Positions 27,136 through 37,485 of a DNA stretch of 64,000 bases are shown in pieces; the stretch's first letter is position 1; every line of letters starts with the position of its first letter. The notes beneath the pieces were generated by a model. That model saw only the letters and a program-made list of their open reading frames with translations, searched no databases and was not told the DNA's origin. Both the position numbers and the translations under genes were made by a program. Source of the DNA: Squalus acanthias (lineage: Eukaryota); the NCBI GenBank assembly GCA_030390025.1, contig CM059432.1, positions 93,002,001 through 93,066,000 on the forward strand. The letters run 5' to 3'.

Positions 27136-27670
27136 AATAAAGCTATTCCCGACATGGAAATACCAATAGCTTTATTACAGTAACTGGTTTTCTTTCACTG
27201 CCATAACATGGGAGTTGTAAACTGACATAAACATAATCCCGGGGCAAGAGGAATTTCCTTGGGTCAATTAGGAGTCTAGGGATGAAGACAGAACATTGAT
27301 TATTGGATAATTCAATTTTTAGACCAAAAAAACTCATCAGGACTATACACACAGTCTACTGAAGAAATATTTGTTTAGTATAGAAAATTCTTGCATGTAC
27401 AAGGTATAGGATGCTATAAGGAACAAAACATTCCACGTTCACAATGGAAACAGCCTCTCATCCCAGTGAAGCTACAAAGACAGGAATTCAAATATATGCT
27501 ATTAGTTACTGGATGAAACATAATCAGTGGAAATGTCAAGATGTTAAATCCCTTCATTATCATCACGAACATTTCTGCTTTACAGCAAATGTTTAAAGAA
27601 GTAGATTGGGTTCAATTTAAAAGCCCTTCACACTATAAAGAAAACACAGTACAATCCATAATCTCCTCAC

Positions 27671-27825
27671 CGCAGTTCACTCGCAATGTGGTCTTGCATG
27701 GATGCAGTACTGGTGTAGTACTTCTCCTCAAGCTGATGAAGGGCAACCTGGGTCTTTAATAACTCCAACTTCTTTTCTCCAAGCTGAGCCTCTGCAGCCT
27801 GGTGCTTTTCAACATGCTGATTAAG
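27671..27825 (-). CDS. Coiled-coil gene exon 7 (LNQHVEKHQAAEAQLGEKKLELLKTQVALHQLEEKYYTSTASMQDHIASELR)
   Basis: Acceptor tttttgttttaag, donor CG|GTGAGG, 155 nt, phase 0-2. Confidence 0.88.
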
Positions 27826-29107
27826 CTTAAAACAAAAACAATAAAAAATAAATGTAACTGATAAAGCATCAAAACCACTTTTTGAGGCAAAGTATCAAAT
27901 CTCTATTATTTTCCAAGCTACTGCGGTCATCCACCACCAGAGGCCGACAGCTGCTCCCAGGCCTCAGTCAATCCCAACCACCAATTGCACGAGACAATTT
28001 TCACAATCTTTCTGAAGTGAGAGCTTCATTTGTTTGTTACTTTAAAAAAAAAAGTGTAAATAATTAATCATTGCAAATAATTAAATAGGACTATAGTCCT
28101 AATTTATAATAAATTTCACCCACTGAAATAAATATACATTTTTAAAAATGTAAACTTATCATCTAAAGGAGCAAATCGGATTTTTTTTAAACTATAAAAG
28201 AGCTGAGGTAAAAAGAAAACTAAATCAGAAATAAATACTGAAAATAATTAAGTGCACAGATCATCAAGCAGCATCTGAATGAGAATGATGTTGTATTAAT
28301 CATCAAAACTCAGAACTTCTGTGCATTTCCAACACTTTAGAAAATGTATTTTATCGGATTCCTCCACATTCCTTTATTAATCTGAAAACTACTGGCTTGC
28401 ATTTCATCCCAAAATATATTCCCTCCCCAATGATCTATTCTTATAGAACAGTAACTGATGTTTGACACCCAAAGAGTAAGTCTTCACAATTTTATGCTTC
28501 TGACTGAAGATTAGCAATATATCATTCGCACATATTTAAATTCCCCTTCTTTTGAACGCTATTCTCTCTTTGTGCATGCGCTATGCACATGTACAAGCAC
28601 CAGAAGATAATAAATGGTTACATTTACTTTAGATGAAAATACTTGAGATGTTTCATTGGAATGATGGGGAGCTGTAGTCATTATTCTGTCATTAATGCTT
28701 TTATTGGCGTAAAGCTACACTTGGGGTTAAAGAAACTGCACTCTGAACATGTTACCTAAATTACTTTTGGAATTGAAGCATTTCAACATGTTAGCAAAAC
28801 TAAAAAGTTATTAAGAGACTGAGGCAATATTACAAAATAGCTTCACAATAACCAGACATCGGTGTTATCCCAAGAGTGTTTGCATGATCAGAACTGACCT
28901 GTGAAAAGTTTAAAACTCCTCCTACCTTTTAACTATTTCTATTTACAGATGTATCTGATTTTGCTTCAATGTGGGTTACTGATGGAGACATGTTGTCTGC
29001 CTGGAATACACCCAGTCTTAGAAACAAATTCTTTAGCTTAGGTTTTAACAGAAAACTTAGTCGACTTTTAAAACTATTACTTTAACAACTTCAAAACTAG
29101 AGCCCTA

Positions 29108-29843
29108 GGGGGAGAAATTCATTTTAGCCCCGTTTGGGGCGCTAAAAATTCAAAAGCGGAAAAATTAGCGCCAGATGCTAATGATGATAGGCTCCCGCGA
29201 AATTCAGTTGTCGTGCTCCAAGAGGGAAGTGGAGCGCTAAATCAAGCACTAGCACTTCCCGTGGAGCGCTAAAGCCAGCAAGAGGGGCGGTAGCGGTGCA
29301 GCGCTGCCCAATGTCGAAGGCAGCGCTGCCGAGAACGGAGGCTCCTTCCTCACTTAAAGGGAAGGGCCATCGCTGCAGGCTCTGCATTGAAACGAGGTCC
29401 CTCGTCGCCGACAGCAGCCGCAATCTAATACGATCAGCTCCAAGCACTCTAGCAGAGTGCAGGGCATTTCAATCGTGGCCGAAGAAAATGCTGCAAAATG
29501 GACGTAAGACATTACGAAGATTTTTTTTTCACGCAACCATCATCACCTTTAAATAACGCTCCCCAAGCGGCCGGCCTCCCTGACCACGCCTCCTGCAGCT
29601 GTTGGTGCTGTCGCCCAGCAATGCTACAGGGGGCGGAACCGAATTTCGGGTCCGGGGCACTACTGGGGTGATGCGCAGCACAATGACGTCACGATCTCTG
29701 GGCGCAGGAGAGCGTGGCGCTAGGGGTTACCGCCGCCGCAAACCTTGACGGGAATTTCACGGGCGCTGGTACACCCGGTCACAAAGCCGGTAGCGCCCCG
29801 TTATCGCCCCCGGAGGCGCTAACTGGAGGCGAATTTCTAGCCC
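29108..29843. mobile_element. Non-autonomous Harbinger related to 8334-11679
   Basis: TIRs GGGGGAGAAATTC and GAATTTCTAGCCC, CTA TSD. Shares CCCCGTTTGGGGCGC, GAGCGCTAAATCA and GGCGCTAAC.GGAGGCG with the larger element. Confidence 0.8.
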
Positions 29844-30329
29844 CTAGACTCCAAACTGAGACCAGCGATGAATCTCACATTTGACTAGCACCTGTACATG
29901 GGCTTCCCCTTAAGGGACATGTTTCTGGCTCATCTGTGGAGTGGATGGAAAAATAGATAAGGGTGGGGTTGTGTCCCATCCTTTCTATTCTCACCAACTG
30001 TGACACTGGCCGGAATTTTCCATGGTGTCAGCGGGCGGGATCGGTGGCAGGTCGAGTGGGAGAGTGTTTTGTTTTGACACCGGGTCAGGAACCCGCCGCA
30101 ACGTGCCTTTCCCAATGTCGGGTCTGTCAGTGCTGAGCAGACCCAACAGGCAGCGGCGGGCGACCCAATTAAACTAATTATAATGTTCTTAGCAGTCCTT
30201 AACAGGCTTTTTTACCTTTTTAACTTTAACTTCATGGCCATGGGAACCACGCTGTTCGGTGACCACATATGTCAACCTGAGGCGGGAGTTCAGTGACCAT
30301 TGCTCCAGCTGATTACTTGACAGCTTCAA

Positions 30330-31382
30330 ATGTACAGTAAAAGCTCCCACCTGACACACTTTCCTCAGCCACAAGCTATTCCTCACTGCATTTCCACAAC
30401 AGATTCACCATGCTGCAAGTCTTTCCACAAGTCTCCATCCAGTCTCACCTCACCTGTGTCATGCTCCTCCTGTAACATGTGGGAAATCATGGACGCTTCC
30501 TGTGTCCCTGACAACCATGTGTGCGGGAAGTGTGTCCAGCTGCAGCTCATGTGGGACCGCATGACGGCCCTTGAGCTGCGGATGGACTCACTTTGGAGCA
30601 TCCACGATTCTGAGAGGGTTGTGAATAGCACATTTAGTGAGTTGGTCACACCGCAGGTTAAGGCCAGAGTAGATAGTACATGGGTGACCAAAAGGCAGAG
30701 CAAGGGCAGGAAGGTAGTGCAGGAATCCCCTGGGGTTGTCTCCCTCAGCAACAGGTTCACCGCCTTAGGTGCTGTTGTCGGGGGGGATGACTCATCGGGG
30801 GAAGGCACCAGCAGCCAGGCTCATGGCACCATGACTGGCTCTGTTGCAAAGAAGGGAGGGAAAAAGAGTGGCAGGGCTATAGTAATAGGGGATTCGATTG
30901 TAAGGGGAATAGATAGGAGTTTCTGTGGTCGCGACCGAGACTCCAGGATGGTAATTTGCCTCCCTGGTGCAAGGGTCAAGGATGTCTCGGCGCGGGTGCA
31001 GAACATTCTGGAGGGGGAGGGGGAACAGCCAGTTGTCGTGATACATGTTGGTACCAACGACGTAGCTAAAAAAAGGGAAGAGGTCCTACAAGTAGAATTT
31101 AGGGAGTTAGGAGCCAAGCTAAAAAGTAGGACCTCGAAGGTAGTAATCTCTGGATTACTACCAGTGCCACGTGCTAGTAAGAGTACAGAGAACAGGATAG
31201 TTAGGCTAAATACGTGGCTTGAGCAGTGGTGTAAGAGGGAGGGTTTTAAATTTTTGAGGCATTGGGACCAGTTTTGTGGTAGGTGTGACCTATACAAAAG
31301 GGACGGTCTACACCTGTGCAAAGATGGAACTGAGGTTCTCGGGGTAAATTTTGATAAAGCAGTTCGGGAGCATTTAAACTAG
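30330..31382 (+). CDS. CR1 ORF1: Cys finger, coiled-coil/zipper and SGNH esterase; the first ~42 codons probably derive from flanking DNA
   Basis: CSSC...CGKC, IGDS, HVGTND and DGLH motifs. Confidence 0.88.
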   Translation: MYSKSSHLTHFPQPQAIPHCISTTDSPCCKSFHKSPSSLTSPVSCSSCNMWEIMDASCVPDNHVCGKCVQLQLMWDRMTALELRMDSLWSIHDSERVVNSTFSELVTPQVKARVDSTWVTKRQSKGRKVVQESPGVVSLSNRFTALGAVVGGDDSSGEGTSSQAHGTMTGSVAKKGGKKSGRAIVIGDSIVRGIDRSFCGRDRDSRMVICLPGARVKDVSARVQNILEGEGEQPVVVIHVGTNDVAKKREEVLQVEFRELGAKLKSRTSKVVISGLLPVPRASKSTENRIVRLNTWLEQWCKREGFKFLRHWDQFCGRCDLYKRDGLHLCKDGTEVLGVNFDKAVREHLN

Positions 31383-34300
31383 TATGGCAGGGGGCTAGAA
31401 ACCCATGTAGTGAAATAGAGGAAAGTGAAAGGCAGACAGAAATAAATGGTAAAAAGGAGAGGAACAAAAAACAAAGGGCCAAACTAATTCATAAAAAATG
31501 TGAGCATAAAAAAAGCCTGAGGGTTTTATACCTTAATGCGAGAAGCATCAGGAACAAGGTAGATGAATTAGCTGTGGAAATAGAGGTTAATAATTATGAT
31601 CTAATTGGGATTACGGAAACATGGTTGCAGGGTGAGCAGGGCTGGGAGCTTAACATACAGGGGTATTCAGTATTTAGGAAGGATCGACAAAAAAGAAAGG
31701 GAGGAGGGGTAGCATTGCTGGTAAAAGAGGGGATAAATGCAATTGAAAGGAAGGATATTAACTCAGTTAATACAGAATCTATATGGGTGGAGCTAAGAAA
31801 TAGCGAGGGGCGAAAAACATTAATAGGAGTGGTATATAGGCCTCCAAATAGTAAAATAGAGGTTGGGGAGGGCATCACGAGGGAAATTAGAGAAGCGTGC
31901 AATAAGAGCACAGCTGTCATCATAGGTGACTTTAACTTACATATAGATTGGACTAGCCTAATCAGTAAAAATAATGAGGAGGAGGAATTCCTTGAGTGTT
32001 TAAGGGATGGTTATCTGGATCAATATGTCGAGGAACCAACTCGGGAACAGGCTATATTGGACTGGGTACTGTGCAATGAGAAGGGACTAATTAGTAATCT
32101 TGTTGTACGGGGACCCTTGGGTCAGAGCGATCATAACATGATCGATTTCTCACTCGAAATGGAGAGCGAAGAAATTGACTCAGAGACTCAGGTCCTGAAT
32201 TTAAACAAGGGGAATTATGATGCCATTAGACGGGAACTGAGTAGGTCTGATTGGACAACGTTCCTGGGAGGACTGGAGGTAGATAAACAATGGCAAGCAT
32301 TTAAAGATAGAATGACAAAATTGCAAAAATTGTTTATACCAATCTGGCATAAAAGGAAATCTAAAAAGGTGACTCAACCGTGGATAACAGGGGAAATTAG
32401 AGACAGCATAAAATCCAAAGATAGGGCGTATAAAATAGCCAAAAAACGCGCCAGAGCGGAAGATTGGGAACAGTTTAAGATAGAGCAAAGGAGGGCAAAG
32501 GGCTTAATCAAGAAGGGCAAAATAGCTTACGAAAGCAAGCTGGCGGAAAATATAAAAACTAACTCCAAAAGCTTTTATAAGTATATCAAGAGGAAAAGAC
32601 TGGTGAAAACCAAAGTTGGTCCATTGCAGTCAGATATGGGGGAATATATAATGGGAAATAAGGAAATGGCAGACCAACTAAATGCATACTTTGGGTCAGT
32701 CTTTACGAAGGAAGACACAAAAAACCTCCCTGGGATATCGGGAAAAATAGGGACATTGGCAAAGGAGGAACTGACGCAAATCAATATCTCTAAGGATATG
32801 GTGTTAAGGAAGCTAAAGGGATTGAAGGCGGACAAATCCCCAGGGCCTGATAACATGCATCCTAGGGTACTGAAGGAGGTGGCCCTAGAGATAGCGGATG
32901 CACTAAGCATGATTTTTCAGAATTCATTAGACTCGGGAACAGTGCCCATGGATTGGAGGGTAGCTAACGTTACCCCACTATTCAAAAAGGGGGGTAGGGA
33001 AAAAGCAGGTAATTACAGACCTGTAAGCCTTACATCAGTTGTGGGCAAAATGCTGGAGTCCATCATTAAGGATGAAATAGCCGAGCACTTAGCAAATGGG
33101 GACAGGATAGGACAGAGTCAACATGGATTTACAAAGGGTAAATCGTGCTTGACTAATCTATTGGAATTTTTTGAGGGAGTAACTGGTAAAATAGATGGGG
33201 GAGAGCCAGTAGATGTGGTGTACCTGGACTTCCAAAAGGCCTTCGATAAGGTCCCACATAAAAGATTAGCATGGAAAATTGAAGCTCATGGGATAAAGGG
33301 GAAAGTATTGACGTGGATAGAGAACTGGCTGTCAGATAGAAAACAGAGAGTTGGAATAAACGGCTCATTTTCTGAATGGCAGGCAGTAACAAGTGGGGTA
33401 CCACAGGGATCTGTCCTGGGTCCCCAGCTGTTCACAATTTATATTAATGACCTGGATCAGGGAGTCGAATGCAGCATTTCCAAATTTGCAGACGACACTA
33501 AACTAGGAGGGGGGGTGGGCTCAGAGGAGGAGACCAGGAAGCTCCAGAGCGATTTGGACAGACTGGGTGATTGGGCGGATAAATGGCAGATGCACTATAA
33601 TGTGGACAAGTGCGAAGTTATCCACCTTGGGTGCAGGAACGGGAGGGCAAATTATTATTTAAATGGCAATAAATTGGGAGAGGGGGAAGTACAGAGAGAC
33701 CTGGGTGTTCTTGTACACCAGTCACTGAAGGCGAGCATGCAGGTGCAACAGGCGGTCAAGAAGGCAAACGGTATGCTGGCCTTCATAGCAAAAGGGTTGG
33801 AATACAGGAACAGGGATACCTTGCTGCAGCTGTACAGGGCACTGGTGAGACCACACCTCGAGTACTGTGTACAGTTTTGGTCGCCTCATCTGAGGAAAGA
33901 TGTTCTTGCCATGGAGGGGGTGCAGCGGCGATTCACCAGGCTGATACCAGGAATGGCGGGATTGACCTATGAGGAGAGACTATGTAGTTTAGGGATGTAC
34001 ACACTGGAGTTTAGAAGATTGAGAGGGGACCTCATAGAAGTGTATAAAATTCTGACAGGTCTAGACAGATTAGATGCAGAAGGAATGTTTCCCTTGGCGG
34101 GTGAGAACAGAACTAGAGGACATAATTTAAGGATAAGGGCTAAACCATTTAGGACAGAAATGAGGGGGAATTTCTTCACTCAGAGAGTGGTGAACCTGTG
34201 GAACTCATTGCCACAGAGGGCAGTGTACGCCAGCTCATTAAATATATTTAAGAGGGAATTAGATATATTTCTACAGGCAAAAGGGGTTAAGGGTTACGGA

Positions 34301-34417
34301 GAGAAGGCGGGGACGGGATACTGAATTGAAGGATCAGCCATGATCTCATTAAATGGCGGAGCAGGCTCGAAGGGCCGGATGGCCTACTCCTGCTCCTATC
34401 TTCTATGTATCTATGTA
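30455..34417 (+). mobile_element. Near-full-length young CR1 LINE
   Basis: Uninterrupted ORF1 and ORF2, 3' UTR and TCTATGTA tail. Confidence 0.95.
31358..34324 (+). CDS. CR1 ORF2: APE endonuclease plus reverse transcriptase; frame open from 31358, no AUG until 32138
   Basis: YLNARSI, ITETW, GDFN, SDH, YLDFQKAFD, GVPQGS and FADD motifs. Confidence 0.95.
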   Translation, partial: SSSGAFKLVWQGARNPCSEIEESERQTEINGKKERNKKQRAKLIHKKCEHKKSLRVLYLNARSIRNKVDELAVEIEVNNYDLIGITETWLQGEQGWELNIQGYSVFRKDRQKRKGGGVALLVKEGINAIERKDINSVNTESIWVELRNSEGRKTLIGVVYRPPNSKIEVGEGITREIREACNKSTAVIIGDFNLHIDWTSLISKNNEEEEFLECLRDGYLDQYVEEPTREQAILDWVLCNEKGLISNLVVRGPLGQSDHNMIDFSLEMESEEIDSETQVLNLNKGNYDAIRRELSRSDWTTFLGGLEVDKQWQAFKDRMTKLQKLFIPIWHKRKSKKVTQPWITGEIRDSIKSKDRAYKIAKKRARAEDWEQFKIEQRRAKGLIKKGKIAYESKLAENIKTNSKSFYKYIKRKRLVKTKVGPLQSDMGEYIMGNKEMADQLNAYFGSVFTKEDTKNLPGISGKIGTLAKEELTQINISKDMVLRKLKGLKADKSPGPDNMHPRVLKEVALEIADALSMIFQNSLDSGTVPMDWRVANVTPLFKKGGREKAGNYRPVSLTSVVGKMLESIIKDEIAEHLANGDRIGQSQHGFTKGKSCLTNLLEFFEGVTGKIDGGEPVDVVYLDFQKAFDKVPHKRLAWKIEAHGIKGKVLTWIENWLSDRKQRVGINGSFSEWQAVTSGVPQGSVLGPQLFTIYINDLDQGVECSISKFADDTKLGGGVGSEEETRKLQSDLDRLGDWADKWQMHYNVDKCEVIHLGCRNGRANYYLNGNKLGEGEVQRDLGVLVHQSLKASMQVQQAVKKANGMLAFIAKGLEYRNRDTLLQLYRALVRPHLEYCVQFWSPHLRKDVLAMEGVQRRFTRLIPGMAGLTYEERLCSLGMYTLEFRRLRGDLIEVYKILTGLDRLDAEGMFPLAGENRTRGHNLRIRAKPFRTEMRGNFFTQRVVNLWNSLPQRAVYASSLNIFKRELDIFLQAKGVKGYGEKAGTGY

Positions 34418-35199
34418 TTATCTCTCTTACCACATTATCTCTCTCACCAATGACAGATCGCTTCTGTCATCTGTACTTCACCTGCCATCTATTCCATCAG
34501 CATGGGTGCCGTTTATACTGTCTCACCTTGGTCCTTAGAATTGGACCACGATGAGCCCCAACACCAGCAGCACCAACAACACCACCAACTTTCTCCGCAA
34601 TCACCTGATGCTGCACAGTATAGAGGGCATCAGCACCCGACCACATTGCTGCCCAGGAGGCCAGGGATGGCCTCACCATGGCCAGATTTACTTCACTTGA
34701 CGCTACACACCCTGGCTGCAACATGATGCGCCAGGTTGGCACCACCCCACACCAACACCATAAAGCATCCCTACAGTGTCTTAGCCATTCCTTTCTCACA
34801 CATCACCATTGGGGGGTGGGGACGTTCTGTCTCCCCATTCACTGCAACTCACTAAGCCACTTCCAAAGGTGCACACAAATCTGTCCAACACCGGAAAGTG
34901 TTGAAAATAAAGATTTTAATATTTGACAGCACATTAATAGAAACTTTACATAAACATTGGATAAAACACCCAAGTGGCTACCCTTGTGTGTTGTTAGTTG
35001 GTATGATTGCACTAGGATGAGGGTGAGAGTGAGGGGTGGCTAGTGAGATGGGGATGTGATAATGTAGATAGAGAGGGATGGGTGGAGGTGCAAGGTAAGT
35101 TGGTGTGAGCAAGGATGTGCAGGAGTAGGGTAGGGAAGGCAGAGTGATGAGAATGTGATGAGAGGCAAAGCAGGCTGAGGTTGAGTGTGGCTTTGTACT

Positions 35200-35445
35200 A
35201 ACGTTTCGTGATCTAATGAGATCATTGAAATGTTTGTGCCACTGCACCCAGGTCCTCCTGACCACATCCTTGCTTGTGCCCTCCTGTGCAATGTGCAACC
35301 AGGCTGTTTTGGTCTCCTGGGGAGGTGTCTTCCGCCCATCGGAAGGGAAGAGGACCTCCCTACGTGCTCTGACTCCCTCCATAAGTATATGGAGGGAATC
35401 ATGGGAGAACCTGGCTGCAGCCCTCTGCCTCTGTGCAGTCATTGT
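35200..35445 (-). pseudogene. Harbinger Myb/SANT-like exon
   Basis: AARFSHDSLHILMEGVRARREVLFP...AWLHIAQE...RRTWVQW.K.FNDL. Confidence 0.8.
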
Positions 35446-36470
35446 CAGTGTTTGCAGCACTTCAATGCTGCAGAACACTGACAGCATAACTGTCAAAAGA
35501 AAGTTGGCCATGGTCCCTTTAAGGAAAGCGGCTGATGATGTGTCATGAATGACGTCACCAGACCCGCTTCCTCTAATTGGGCCGGGAAACGCGCTGGGCT
35601 GGCTTAACAAGACCGATCAACGTAAATTCATTTTAGACAGCGGGATGGAGCCAGTAGCGGGTCCACGACCTGCCACCGATATTGCCCGCCCCGGACCCGC
35701 TGAGGTGAGCAAAATCCCGGCCATTGTTACCAAACAATACATTTTCCAAAAGGTGTTTCTAAGTTTGACATTCTTGTGTAGAAAGTGAGGCATGTTGTTT
35801 CTCATTCCCTTCCTCTGCATACCACAGACCATCCTGTATGGTCAGAAGCCAGTGGTTTTGCCATAATTCCCACAAAAACAAATTAAATATCTTTGGTTTT
35901 TACCAAGAGTAAGTGTCTAGAATTGTCACATTAGGTAAATGTGCAGATTTAAAATGATTTGTGCTGCACAACTATAAGACACTTCAATGGCTAATGACCT
36001 GAAATAAGATGCTAATGTAGGTTTTCTTGTGTATATTGAAAGGATAGCAACAGACTAGAATAATTAACTATCCATAAAGCTCATCTCAGCACTAAACATT
36101 TATTGTATTTTTAGACCTCACATACAATATTCTCGCCAAGGGTGACAGTTAAGTCAGCCTGAACTTCAAAACACTTGGAAGATTACATATATGTTAATTA
36201 TAGCTGTTTTGTCTCTAACAGTTTAAGTTCTGATTTATAGATTTTATTCATATATTTATTGTATGTGGTTTCTGGTGTTGACAATGTTACGTTACACAAT
36301 TTATTCTCTGTTCCAATGTTTTTGGTCTTTTAGTAACACCATCCTTTTTTGAAAAATCGCAATAAATAATTACACGCATGGGACTTTGGGATATCTTCAA
36401 CATATAATGCATTTAAAAAAACGTTATATCTTAACCAAAAGAAAAATACCATAACTCCAGTCAAACATGC

Positions 36471-36655
36471 CTGTCTTTCTAGCAACCAGACTTGACGTCC
36501 TCCATCTTTTACTGCAGCAGTAGTCCTTTGCAGTTCCTGTTTGATCTTCACTAGTTCAGACTCCTTGTAAGCCATATCCTGGTTGGCAATTTCCTTTAGT
36601 TTCTTCATTTGAACCATTTCCTCGATCAGCAATCTCTTCTCACTGGAACTAGCAT
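36471..36655 (-). CDS. Coiled-coil gene exon 6 (DASSSEKRLLIEEMVQMKKLKEIANQDMAYKESELVKIKQELQRTTAAVKDGGRQVWLLERQ)
   Basis: Within ORF 36330..36698. Acceptor gtgacag has a weak pyrimidine tract. Phase 1-0, probable GC donor CAG|GCATGT. Confidence 0.8.
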
Positions 36656-37226
36656 CTGTCACAATTATATTTTTCGTCTTTAAGCACTTCAATGCCAACT
36701 AACATAGATTAATAAAGCTTTTCTTGGGATGGGAGGTAGGAAGTATTGGAAGTGAAAAAAGTTTGTCACTCCCCCCCACCCCCCCCACCCACCCCGTTTG
36801 CTTAGAAATAATCAAACTACGTTTTATTGAGTTTCATATTTAGATTCAAAACACAATAATGTAAACACGTATTTTAGAAAGAGACAGCCTATTGAGTCTC
36901 TTTTCCACAGATTGAAAGGCCAAGTGAAAATTAGAAAATTTATGGGTTGAGAGGTAATGAAAATGGTTGATAAGGAAGAGTAGTATGTTTTGGGGGAAAA
37001 AAAAGTTTGTACATTTGAAATATTAAGCGGAGGTGCGTCTGCCTGTTGTCATAAAGTTTACATTATTTACTCTTCATTACCACAAAAGAGCTTTATGAAA
37101 AATACATAAATCATTACAGTGCTTTAATATAGATGTCATGATGTGGAGATGCCGGCGTTGGACTGGGGTGGACAAAAATGAGAAGTCGCACAACACCAGG
37201 TTATAGTCCAACAGATTTATTTAATT

Positions 37227-37264
37227 TTACAAGCTTTCGGAGCTGTCGCTCCTTCGTCAGGTAA
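37227..37264 (-). ncRNA. Minimal type I hammerhead ribozyme motif (mirror copy)
   Basis: Exact reverse complement of 37317-37354. Confidence 0.72.
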
Positions 37265-37316
37265 GTTAGCAATGAGAGAATCTCCCAGAATTCTGGGAGA
37301 TTCTCTCATTGCTAAC

Positions 37317-37354
37317 TTACCTGACGAAGGAGCGACAGCTCCGAAAGCTTGTAA
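37317..37354 (+). ncRNA. Minimal type I hammerhead ribozyme motif
   Basis: Stem I UUAC:GUAA, core CUGACGA, stem II GGAGC/GCUCC, GAAA, palindromic AGCU helix III. Confidence 0.72.
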
Positions 37355-37485
37355 AATTAAATAAATCTGTTGGACTATAACCTGGTGTTGTGCGACTTCT
37401 CATTAATATAGATGGGAATTGCCTTATTTAAATATACTAGTCAGTGGTGTAAGCAGGATTTTTTTCAGAAAGGGTTTGGATATGA

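Larger units (their letters stand above)
30008..35722. mobile_element. Harbinger element interrupted by the near-complete CR1
   Basis: TIRs GGCCGGAATTTT and AAAATCCCGGCC. Myb/SANT remnant on the minus strand, and a Q/H-rich transposase-like 5' remnant at 34502. Confidence 0.75.
37136..37402. mobile_element. Palindromic Penelope-end insertion with a 12-bp TSD (TTAATATAGATG)
   Basis: TSD copies at 37124-37135 and 37403-37414. Perfect inverted arms span 37177-37404. Confidence 0.88.

Noticed and set aside
30383..34179. Several minus-strand ORFs over the intact CR1
   Set aside because: Shadow frames of LINE coding sequence.
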